Of a stretch of DNA of 20,897 bases, positions 9,915-20,020 are shown one piece after another. The notes below the pieces were generated by a model. It was not told where the DNA came from. It did no database searches and saw only the letters and a program-made list of their open reading frames with translations. The first letter of the stretch is position 1; every line of letters starts with the position of its first letter. This stretch comes from Octopus sinensis (Eukaryota): the NCBI RefSeq assembly GCF_006345805.1, contig NW_021823850.1:1-20897 (forward strand), read 5' to 3'. Position numbers and translations under genes: made by a program.

Positions 9915-10132
9915 CATCATCATCATCATCATTATCATCATCATCACCATCATCATCATTATTACTATCATTATTATTACTATTATTGATATTATTATTA
10001 TTAGTATCATCATCATCATCATTATCATCATCATCATTATTATTATTATCATCATCATCATCACCATCATCATAATTATTATTATCATTATTATTACTAT
10101 TATTATTATTATTATTATCATCATCATCATCA

Positions 10133-10190
<58 letters not shown>

Positions 10191-10230
10191 CCTCATCATC
10201 ATCATCATCATTATCATCATCATCATTATT

Positions 10231-10265
<35 letters not shown>

Positions 10266-10383
10266 TATTATTATCATTATTATTACTATTATTAATATTA
10301 TTATTATTATTATTATCATTATTATTATTATTATTATCATCATCATCATCATTATCATCATCATCATTATTATCATTATCATT

Positions 10384-10422
<39 letters not shown>

Positions 10423-10430
10423 TTATTATT
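9820..10430. repeat. About 600-bp compound (ATT)n/(ATC)n triplet array
   Basis: Direct observation. It is the source of the poly-Ile 348-aa and poly-Met/Ile pseudo-ORFs. Confidence 0.98.
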
Positions 10431-10651
10431 ACATGTAATAAACTGCAAAAGCTCATCAGCAATAATGACGGAAGCAACAAAACTAGCGACGACAACAAAG
10501 ACGGGAAGGAAGAAGGGCCGCGTGGCCATCATCATCGAGACATCAATGGAGATGGTCAGCAAAGATATACAATGGGACAACATAAATATAAACAGGCGAC
10601 GCTGGAAACAACGATTAAGTCGTTAAAATGCAGCAAAAGATGAATGTGGAC

Positions 10652-10860
10652 GACTGTGGGGGTCGGGGGGGGCGAGGTTGGGGGTGGGTGTTGGGGGCGA
10701 GGTTGGGGTGGCGAGTTGGGGGCGAGGGGAGCGAGGTTGGGGTGGCGAGTTGGGGGCGAGGGGAGCGAGGTTGGAGGCGAGGGGGCGAGGGGGAACGTGG
10801 GGGAGCGAGGTTGGGGGTGAGATTGGGGGTCGAGTTGGGGGGTGAGGTTGGAGGGGGTGA
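10652..10860 (+). repeat. G-rich minisatellite (GCGAGGTTGGGG-like units) including a perfect 34-bp tandem duplication
   Basis: gcgaggttggggtggcgagttgggggcgagggga at 10697-10730 and 10731-10764, plus a partial third unit. Confidence 0.9.
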
Positions 10861-11590
10861 TGGTGATGGTGGTGATGATGATGATGACGAGGATGACGAC
10901 GACAAATATGATGATGATAAGGAGGAGGAGGAGGAGGAGGAGGAGGTGGTAGTAAAGAAGAGGTAGAAGAGGTGGAGGAGATAGCGTCGACGATGACGAT
11001 GACGATGACGATGAGACGATGATGATAGTGAGGATGATGATAATGATGGTGATGATGGTGATGATGATGATGATGATGACGACGATGCTGATGATGAGGA
11101 GGATGATGATGATGGTGATGATGAAGAATATCAAGAGAACAAGGAGGTTAAGGGATATTGTTAGTAGTAAGGTGATGGTGACGATGGTGGTGACGGTGAT
11201 GATATCAAGCGTGACGATAATGGTAATGATAATGACGATGATGATGATGATGATGTTACGGTACTGATGCTGATAAGGATAACGATGACGACTGGTGACT
11301 GAAGACACTATTGACGTCGATGATAACAATGGCGACAACAACGACGACGACGGTGGTGGTGGTGGTAGTGGTGGCAGAGGTAATCTTCATTGAAGTTGAT
11401 CTTTATAGCTTGTTGATATAATTGTTGATGCTATTATGCGATGTTGCTCCATTTCATTGCATTGCTATTGTTACCTTTCTTGTTGTCTTTACTGTTGTTG
11501 TTGTTGTTGTTGTTGTTTGTCTTCTTCTTCTTCTTCTTCTTCTTCTTCTTCTTCTTCTTCTTCTTCTTCTTCTTCTCCTTCTCCTTCTTC
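10857..11590. repeat. Compound (GAT/GAC/GAG/GGT)n, then (GTT)n and (CTT)n triplets
   Basis: Direct observation. Confidence 0.95.
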
Positions 11591-11913
11591 ACGTCGTCAT
11601 CGATCAATCAGTAATCTCTGGTCTGTATAAAAGGCCTATTCTGATCAGTTCCAAATGGTTGAACAGACGACAGGCAAAGCTGACGTGTGATTGGTCAATT
11701 CCGTGTAGACAGATCAATTATAACGCTCTCAACCTTTCTCAGTTATATCATTTCTTTTATTTCATTTAGTCATCTCATTCTCTTTTTTCATTCTTTCCTC
11801 ATTTCTTTCAATATTTTCATTCTCTCCATTTTTCTCCTTTTCATCTTCTCTCTTTCCCTACCCCTCTCTCCTTTCTTCCTTCATTTTTCCTTTTCCTTTC
11901 TTTCAGTCTCTTC

Positions 11914-11974
<61 letters not shown>

Positions 11975-12114
11975 TCTTTATCATTTCTCAAATTATCCAT
12001 ATCTCGATCAATGTTCTTAAGCTATGCACCTTTATGTCTCTGTTGATGAATCTCTTGACGGATGCTATCAATGAAAATACGATCATTCACACATGCACGG
12101 GTCACATGTCATGC

Positions 12115-12151
12115 ATATATCTATACATACATAATAGATACATACATACAT

Positions 12152-12214
<63 letters not shown>

Positions 12215-12257
12215 ATATATATATCTATATATGTAGTAGATATATATAATATATGTT

Positions 12258-12303
<46 letters not shown>

Positions 12304-12304
12304 C

Positions 12305-12336
<32 letters not shown>

Positions 12337-12408
12337 CTATATATATAATATATATATATATATATAGATATATTATATCTATATAGATACATATATATAT
12401 ACTATATA

Positions 12409-12439
<31 letters not shown>

Positions 12440-12446
12440 CATACAT

Positions 12447-12477
<31 letters not shown>

Positions 12478-12478
12478 A

Positions 12479-12510
<32 letters not shown>
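12115..12510. repeat. (TA)n/(GT)n compound microsatellite
   Basis: Direct observation. Confidence 0.97.
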
Positions 12511-12512
<2 letters not shown>

Positions 12513-12762
12513 AGACGCAATGGCCCAGTGGTTAGGGAAGCGAACTAGCGATCGTAGGTTCGCGGTTTCGATTCCCAGACCGGGCGTTGTGAGTGTTTAT
12601 TGGGCGAAAACACACAAAGCTCCACGGGGCTCCGGTAGGGGCTGGTAGCGATCCCTGCTGTACTCTTTCGCCACAACTTTCTCTCAGCTAACGGGGTGGC
12701 GTCATTTGAAGGCTAAAATAATGCGAAGCGCATTGTGACCAGCGATGTGTAGCAACATCTGA
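12508..12762 (+). mobile_element. Family B-related tRNA SINE with a different 3' module
   Basis: A box TGGCCCAGTGG at 12521-12531, B-box-like GGTTTCGATTCC at 12564-12575. Collinear with 14448-14625 up to ctctttcgccacaactttctctca, then unrelated sequence (gtcatttgaaggctaaa...gtagcaacatctga). Confidence 0.85.
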
Positions 12763-12770
12763 TATATACA

Positions 12771-13329
12771 TCTCTTATTATAAAAGGCAGATTTTATCTG
12801 CCTCCCTTTGGGAGTTATAGAAATCTACAATATAGGATTTCTTCAATTACAATTTACCTAGCATTTTTAAGACTAGAATGCATCGGGTCATGCCAGGTCC
12901 AGTTTTTAAAATTTAAACTCCAATTAAGCAAAATTTACAGAAAACTCACATTCTGGTGTGTGTGTCAAATGCTTTTCTTAGTCTGGTTTACACCACACGC
13001 AAACGCACACCCACAGTGTGCAACGAATAAAATGAAAGTAAATAGCGACAGAGTGATTTGAGGAAGACTAAACTGAAAGTATTTAAACCACTACTCAAAA
13101 AATAAAAAAACACACAGCAAACAGAAACAAATAATACATAACGATTACTCCTCACACCATTTCTTCAATTAGAATTTACCTAAGATTTTTCAAGTACTCC
13201 ATTCGCTCATGCCATAATATATTTCTTTCAATTTCACCCCCAATAAGACAAAATTCGAGAAAACTCAATATTTTAACATTTCACTCCGAAAGCATTGATG
13301 TACATGTGTGCGTGCGTGAGTGTGTGTGT

Positions 13330-13375
<46 letters not shown>

Positions 13376-14234
13376 ATGGGTTGTGCGACACAGAAAGTGT
13401 GGTGTGTAAGTGAAGTGCTTTTGTTAGTGTGTGTAAAGAGACAGACAGAGTGAAAGACAGAAATAACTGAAGTTTTCACTATGATATCATCACGTGCGAA
13501 AAAATTCGAAGGGTTTTGAACAATTGAGATACAGATGTCACGCCTGTATTGAAACCATTGCTAAGCTGCCGTAATTGCTTAATTAAGACTTTGTTTAAAT
13601 TGAAAGGGGCAAATGTTGACGAGGTTGAAAAAAAATACCCCAGAAAAAAAAATACTGCTGGTATTTATATAATTCACTACTATTTTGCTACAATGTCATG
13701 AAAAAGAAAAAATTTAGGTATGTAAATCGAATTCGCCACCCCTTTTCCCCGTTCGCGTTTGTGTAAAAGAAATTATTATTTAAGTTTTAAAAATTATTTA
13801 CTTTCTTCAAAAAATATTAATATTAATTAATTTTCAAGAATTATTAATTTATATTCTGTAATAGTAATTAATTCATTTATCTGTAAATCCGCGAGGTTGT
13901 TACTCAGGCCCTACAATGGTAACCTTCAACTAACACTATCTCCTCCGAGACCCTGCGGCGCAAGTTGACCAAATTGAGAGTATGGTAGAAGAAGGGTTGC
14001 TCTTCCTTCCGTAGAACATAAAATTCAAATCGGACCATGTTAACACCAAAAATTATTTACATCAAAAAGATGCTTTTTTCTATGAAAATCCCTATTTTTT
14101 ACGATTTTTTCACTGCTGTGTCGCCACTTTTCGGTGTATTTCGACCAGAAAAATGTTCACAAAATTTTTACTTTTCAAAATTACAATTCCAGCGGGTCGA
14201 AACAAACCCGAGCAACGCCGGGCGATACTGCTAG
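12771..14234 (+). mobile_element. Non-autonomous Helitron, 1464 bp
   Basis: Starts TC (12771) after A. Ends CTAG (14231-14234) before T. Subterminal hairpin CCCG-A-GC-AAC-GC-CGGG (14207-14222) ends 8 nt before CTAG. Internal (GT)n at about 13305-13372. No TSD and no Rep/helicase ORF. The 3' end is firm; the 5' boundary rests on the A|TC motif. Confidence 0.82.
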
Positions 14235-14447
14235 TATATATATATACAGAAAGAGAGAGAGAGGAGGGAAAGAGAGAAAGACGTGCATGCATACGGTGAA
14301 ATGGTGACATACTGTTATGTGTCCTATTAAATATACTTTTAGTGTTTCCGTTCGTCAGAGGCATTTCAGATGTTCGCAGCGTATATAAATTTCGTTTTAC
14401 ACATGTGTGCGCGCCCGTTTGCGTGAGTGTGCGCGCATGTGTTTCTG

Positions 14448-14756
14448 TGTGGAAGCACATGGCCTAGTGGCTAGAGCAGCGGACTCGCGGTCGAGGGATC
14501 GCGGGTTCGAATCTCAGACCGGACGATGTGTGTGTATATGAGCGAAACACCTAAGCTCCACGCGGCTCCGGCAGAAAGTAATGGCGAAACCTCTGCTGAC
14601 TCTTTCGCCACAACTTTCTCTCACTCTTTCCTCCTGCATCTTGCCGCTCACCTGCGATGGACCGGCGTCCCGTCCAGGTGGGGAACCTATACGCCAAGAA
14701 ACCGGGAAACCGGCCCTTATGAGCCAGGCATGGCTCGAGAAGGAACAAGCAACAAC
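14448..14756 (+). mobile_element. Full-length family B tRNA SINE
   Basis: A box 14460-14470, B box 14504-14513, (CAA)-type tail. Possible decayed TSD catgtgtttctgtg / catgtctttgtgtg. About 94% identical to the copy at 3892-4203. Confidence 0.93.
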
Positions 14757-15127
14757 ATGTCTTTGTGTGAGTGTTAGTGTGTTTCTGCGCGTATAAAGAA
14801 ATGCCATCTGGCTTGGTGGGGGGGGCGGTTTATTTGGAAGTATGTTGAGAATACAAATATTCTAAATACGTTTGGCTACTTCAATCTGGGGCACAAAGAC
14901 TAAGTGAATCTTTGGGAATGGTAAATTACATCATATGTGTACCTGCTTGTTTTTAATCTATATACACGTGCATGTGCGAGTGTATATGTGTGCGTGTCTG
15001 TGTAAGTGTGTGTATGTGTTTGCGTGTTTGCGTATGTGCGTGTGTTTGCGGAGATTCTGTAGAGAAGGTTCTGTTATAAAAGGATTCGTTTGTTTAAACG
15101 TTGGTGATCCAGAATATGTATGTATAT

Positions 15128-15175
<48 letters not shown>

Positions 15176-15332
15176 TGGGCGGGGTGTGCGCGCGTTATTT
15201 TTAGAGTATGGGCAAGGAAACATCGAGACTCATCAACAATCGCTGCCAGATTTTTTCTTCTAGAGGCCCTGTTTTCTTTCTCTTTTATATAATTACATGT
15301 TGCCTTTTTATCTCTTAACTAACTATACAAAA

Positions 15333-15652
15333 GGCGCGTGGCTTAGTGGTTAGAGGATTTGATTCACGATCGTAAAGACTTGAGTTCGATTCCTTACGTT
15401 GCGTTTTGTCCTACAGCATGACATTTTATTTCAGGTTACTCCTGTCCATTCCGCTGGCAAAAATGAGATGAACTTCTATTTTAAAGGACCAACCTCGTCA
15501 TATTCCATGTCACGCTGAATCTCCTAGAGAACTACTTTAAGGATACGCGTGTCTGCAGAGTGCTCAGCCACTTTCTTGTTAATTTCAGGAGCAGGCTGTT
15601 CCGTTGCTCTGACCAACTAGAACAATGGTCGTTGCAACCGACAGAGTGCCAA
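15333..15652 (+). mobile_element. tRNA-derived SINE 'family D' (CORE-like), diverged
   Basis: A box TGGCTTAGTGG, B box GAGTTCGATTCC. The head and tgtcct...gaca.ttt.atttca region is shared with 18822-18933. The 3' boundary is set from recalled octopus repeat sequence. Confidence 0.7.
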
Positions 15653-15921
15653 ATAACCTACGGAAACACGGATAAATTTTAAGAATTTAGATTTTACATA
15701 TGTTTTTTAGCCTCAAAATCGCATCGCAACGTTTTAGCGTAGATCAAAGTACTTAACAATTTGAGCGACTATATTCGCGGATTCATAGGCATCTATCTAC
15801 CTATTTATTTATATTCATATATATATATACATAATGGTATTTATATAATCTTACAGCGATCACCGTGCAATGACTATGGAAAATAGTTAAGTAATAATGG
15901 GGCATTTAAGCCCTTCGACAG

Positions 15922-16012
15922 AAAAAAAGAAAGTAGGCTATCCCATCCGGGTGGGACTCGAACCCACATCCTTTTGTTAACGAGACTGCGTTACCATTAC
16001 ACCAGCGAATTA
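15922..16012 (-). pseudogene. tRNA-like Pol III unit (tRNA pseudogene or isolated SINE head); isotype not assignable
   Basis: A box TGGTGTAATGG (16004-15994), pairable D stem, perfect T arm GTGGG-TTCGAGT-CCCAC (15967-15951), T7 run at 15928-15922. Acceptor and anticodon stems do not pair. Confidence 0.55.
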
Positions 16013-16113
16013 GTCTCCCTGTTTCTGTCAAATTTACGAACCATATTAGTCCGTAGTTTTTTTGTAAACAAACTTCTATGTGTATTCGGTGCGACTTGTT
16101 TTGTTATATGGTG

Positions 16114-16263
16114 CCTTTACGTTCTGAACTCAGAATCCACCGAGGTCAACTTTGCCTTTCATTATTTCGGGGTCGATAAATTAAGTACCAGTGAAACACT
16201 GAGATCGAGCTAATCGACTATCCCTCTCCCCACAAATTGCAGGCCTTGTGCCTTTCGTAGAAA
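16114..16263 (+). mobile_element. 5'-truncated family A SINE, tail type 1
   Basis: tttacgttctga...gaggtcaactttgcctttcat..ttcggggtcgataaattaagtaccag...ggccttgtgcc. Confidence 0.85.
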
Positions 16264-16264
16264 T

Positions 16265-16575
16265 TACTATTATCATTTCCATTTCACTTCTCGAATGTCT
16301 TGATCTTACTTTCTCCGGTCCTGTTAGAGTGGACAACAACCAATTGTCAAACAGGGTCTCTTTCCCTAATACTTAATACCCAAGTACCAATCTCAAAATC
16401 CTTGCTCTTCCCTATGAAGTAGTTTTCTGAACATGTCCTACCCTCATCTCAATCCCAATTTCTTCAACAAATTTCCTAATCCTGATTGTTAAAGCTCCCA
16501 ATGCCCCTACAACTGGGGTGAAATTTACTTTCTTCATTGCCTACATTCGTGAAGTTTCATTTTTTGGTAGTTTGT
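16265..16575 (-). mobile_element. 3' end of an RLE-type (R4/Dong-like) non-LTR retrotransposon: ORF C-terminus plus 3' UTR, decayed
   Basis: 16537-16373 translates MKKVNFTPVVGALGALTIRIRKFVEEIGIEMRVGHVQKTTS*GRARILRLVLGY*. This matches the recalled R4/Dong terminal motif P(I/V)V(I/V)GALG...IQK..LLGTARILR.VL. The 3' end is TAA-like (ataatagtaa). Confidence 0.75.
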
Positions 16576-16596
16576 AACATTTCATAATTAGAATAC

Positions 16597-16915
16597 GGTG
16601 AGCTGGCAGAATCGTTAACACACTGGACTAAATGCTTAACGGTATTCGTCTGCTGTTACGTTCTGAGTAAAAGGCGGCGAGCTGGCAGAAACGTTAGCAC
16701 GCGGGCGAAATGCTTTGCGGTATTCGTCTGCTGTTACGTTCTGAGTTCAAATTCCGCGAGGTCGACTGTTTGCCTTTCATCCTTTCGGGGTCGATTAAAT
16801 AAGTACCAGTTATGCACTGGTGTGTCGATGTGTAATCGATGTACTAACCGTTTGTCTGTCCTTGTTTTCCTCTCCGTGTTTAGCCCTTGTGGGTAGTAAA
16901 GAAATAGGTATTTCG
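16597..16915 (+). mobile_element. Family A SINE: duplicated head (16597-16668) plus full copy with tail type 2 (16671-16907) plus start of a next unit
   Basis: The identical 28-mer ggtattcgtctgctgttacgttctgagt occurs at 16641 and 16719. The copy ends aaagaaatag|gtatttcg, the same junction as the 8071-8585 array. Confidence 0.9.
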
Positions 16916-16928
16916 CTGTCGCTCCGCT

Positions 16929-17225
16929 TTGGACAAATGTTTTCCTAAATCTAATCGATATCATGCTACTTTTAATCAGCTCACCATGAAGGTATTCTAC
17001 GCTAGCTTTGCCAGTTTAGAGCAACTTATGCACCGCATAAACAATAGTAAAATGCGACAATGGTTCAATAACCCACCTACTGGATCTAGTGAATATACGC
17101 ATCTAATTACCAACAAAAGAGATGTAAACCACAATGAAAAATGCAAATTACGGCCAAATCGTAATAGTAGAAATGCTTATGATACAGCTAACACGGTATC
17201 AACGTCGGAAAATGGAGTCGGAATT
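16929..17225 (+). pseudogene. Probable Penelope-like element ORF remnant (region between RT thumb and GIY-YIG endonuclease)
   Basis: LDKCFPKSNRYHATFNQLTMKVFY aligns by eye with the recalled PLE motif (I/L)DKHFPKxHKLHKIFNRNTxK(V/I)SY. Only the first ~40 aa are recognisable, and no GIY-YIG motif is seen. Confidence 0.55.
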
Positions 17226-17227
17226 GT

Positions 17228-17350
<123 letters not shown>

Positions 17351-17712
17351 ATGATAAATGCTCATGCAGAGAAAAATCAAAATGCCCCTCGATGAACCTC
17401 TGTGTGAGTACAAACCTTGTATATAAATGTACTGTGCACATAAGGGGAGGGCGGTATGTTTACCTTAGCCAGACGGCTGATTCATTTAAAAATAATTATG
17501 GAGGGCTCTTTATTAGGCCTTGGGCTCAACAATGACACTTCATGCATTGAGTACGTATTAAATTTTATTAAACTTGAACAATATTTTTCAAGCAATGAAC
17601 AATTTTCATCTAAACAATGATATAATTTGTCGACTTGGAACTTATTGCAAAGCTGTATGATGAATAACAGTACAACCACCATATCTGCCATAGTATGGAA
17701 TTCAGACTACTG

Positions 17713-17758
17713 TGGCGTCAGAAGTCTGAATGACACACTATTCAGACTTCTGACGCCA
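17713..17758. repeat. Perfect 19-bp inverted repeat with 8-nt loop
   Basis: TGGCGTCAGAAGTCTGAAT (17713-17731), loop GACACACT, ATTCAGACTTCTGACGCCA (17740-17758). Confidence 0.97.
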
Positions 17759-17964
17759 ACACCATCAATACCTTTTACTTCGCAGCCTTCTCCTCCACCA
17801 CCACCACCGTCTCCGCCTCTCTCACAACTACAGCTCATACTAACACCCCATTACCATCATAAATAGCTAAATGTGTGCAAAGGAATTCAATGTTCAGTAT
17901 GTTCGTTCAGTATGTTACTACTGTATGTTGGTTCAGTTTTCAGTTCCTCTTTTTCCCACACACC

Positions 17965-18005
<41 letters not shown>

Positions 18006-18030
18006 TATCTCTCTCTCTCTCTCTCTCTCT

Positions 18031-18268
18031 CATCTGGCCACGACAGTCCCAGCCCTCAATATTACTGAACATTTATGGTGCATTTTAGAAAAACAAGTAA
18101 GGAGTCTACAAGAACTGAAGACTGGACAAAAATTCCTTTGGAAACAATTCAAACTTTGTACGAGTCCATACCTCGTAGAATTCAGGCTGTAATCAATGCC
18201 AAAGGCGGTCCTACACCATAAATGTGTTTGAAATTTTAAGGTGTTTCCATTGTATTGCCCAACCCCTG
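18031..18268 (+). mobile_element. 3' end of a Tc1 (DD34E) transposon: transposase C-terminus plus right TIR
   Basis: WPRQS/PALNITEHLW (cf. WPxQSPDLNPIExLW), then WTKIPLETIQTLYESIPRRIQAVINAKGGPTP* (stop 18219-18221), then ggtgtttccattgtattgcccaacccctg|TA. It has frameshifts, and no left end was found. Confidence 0.9.
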
Positions 18269-18304
18269 TATATATGTGTGTGTGTGTGTGTGTGTTTTTG
18301 TGTG

Positions 18305-18361
<57 letters not shown>

Positions 18362-18423
18362 GTGTTGTGTGTGTGTGTGTGTGTGAGATTATATACGTAT
18401 ATATCTTTTATCTTTAATATTCT

Positions 18424-18597
18424 ATTTACTTGTCATTTGATTGCGGTCATGCTGCAGCATCACCTTGAAGAGTTTTTAGTCGAACAAATCAACAGCAGGA
18501 CTTATTTCTTTTAAACCTAATACTTATTCTATCGGCCACTTTTGCCGAAAACCAACACCGGTTGTCAAGTGATGATGGGGGGGGTCAAGCACATACA

Positions 18598-18657
<60 letters not shown>

Positions 18658-18780
18658 CCGACGAGTTCGTTTTCAGTTTCGGTCTACCAAATCCACTCAC
18701 AAGGCCTTCGTCGGCCCGCAGCTCAAATAAAAGACACTTTCCCAAGATGCCACGCAGTGGAACTGAACTCAGAACCATGC
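18424..18780 (-). mobile_element. Family C CORE-SINE with uninterrupted internal (CA/TA) microsatellite; extreme 5' head missing
   Basis: Contains both halves seen split at 2740-3549 and 5086-8012. Confidence 0.88.
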
Positions 18781-18821
18781 GAATATTCCTACAAGCATAT
18801 ATACGTATACAGTGAAGACGT

Positions 18822-18933
18822 TTGACCTAGACCTTAAGATGTTTGGCTCACGATCTTAAGATTGCAGACCCAAATACCAGAATGGTCGATGCATTTTGTC
18901 CTTGGGCAAGACACTTCATTTCACGTAGCTTCA
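18822..18933 (+). mobile_element. Family D SINE 5' fragment (CORE-like)
   Basis: gtttggctcacgatc...ttgtccttgggcaagacacttcatttcacg is related to 15333-15435. Confidence 0.65.
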
Positions 18934-19154
18934 AGCTATTCAGGTTTCTGTCGCTTTCTCCCCCTCCCTGTCGCTCTCTTTCGCTTCCTCTCCGACTGCC
19001 ATCCCCTGGGTGTGCCAATGGCTTAAAGGGTGGAGGAGTGGAGAGTGTTGTCTACGTTTGCTCTAGACTACACAGACAGCTAAAACAATTAGCGAAAGCC
19101 TGCTACATGTTACCAAGCCATACCAGATCGCAGATGACGGTTGGCTTCAATGTA

Positions 19155-19280
19155 TACACATACACACACACACACCACACACACACACATACACATGCAC
19201 ATACATGCGTATGTATACAGATATATGCATGGATATGTATTTGTGTGTCTGCATATGCAGCATACATATATATGCATATA

Positions 19281-19356
<76 letters not shown>

Positions 19357-19700
19357 ATGTATATATATATATGTGTGTGTGTGTACATAAATAAATCTAT
19401 ATAAGTATGTGTATGTGTGTGTGTATTATATATATGAAGGTATGTTCAGTATGTCCATATATTTGTATGCATGCATATATAGATGCACATATGTATAAGT
19501 ATATATAAAGTTGTATGTATATGTATATATTTGTGTTTGCGTATGTGTATGTGTGTGTGCGCACGTGTCTTTGTGCGCATGTGTGTTTGTGTGTGTTTGT
19601 GTGTGTGAGTGTGTGAGTGTGTGAGAGAGAAACAGAGACAGGACGTGTACAGGTGTCTGCGTGTGTGTGTATGTGTGTGTGTGTGTGTGTGGAGCATAAG
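19155..19700. repeat. Compound CA/TA/GT microsatellite and degenerate dinucleotide tract
   Basis: Direct observation. Confidence 0.95.
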
Positions 19701-20020
19701 AGTTATTGACCAGGTTAGAACATATATATATAATCCATAGCCAATTATAAACCACATTTCCCACAATAATCTCTTTATCACAAATGAATTTCTTTTTCGA
19801 TCTGTTTTTATTCAATTATGTCTGTCACAAATAGACGACTGTCGCGATTTAACGATTTAGCAATGCTCTGTGTCACTGCAACCTACAAGGTATATATATA
19901 TATATATATATACATACATACATATTTGACACACACACATATATATATGTGCGTCAAATATGTACATATATGTATGCATGTTTGCGCATATGCACAAAGG
20001 TGTGCATGCGTATAGTTGCA

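Noticed and set aside
10451-10459. Minus-strand CUGAUGAGC
   Set aside because: No GAAA follows the putative stem II.
9580-10626. 348-aa poly-Cys/poly-Ile ORF, and all YIYI, HTYI, MYVC, CVCV and LSLS ORFs in the track
   Set aside because: These are translations of microsatellites that lack stop codons. They have no domain content or exon signals.
11626-11694. TATAAAAG, TGACGTG and ATTGG cluster as a promoter
   Set aside because: The order is wrong (TATA upstream of the CRE/CCAAT motifs on the + strand), there is no downstream exon, and the motifs are short.
14344-14358. Minus-strand CUGACGA-ACG-GAAAC hammerhead-like core
   Set aside because: No stem II and no GUH triplet after GAAAC. It is chance or too decayed to call.
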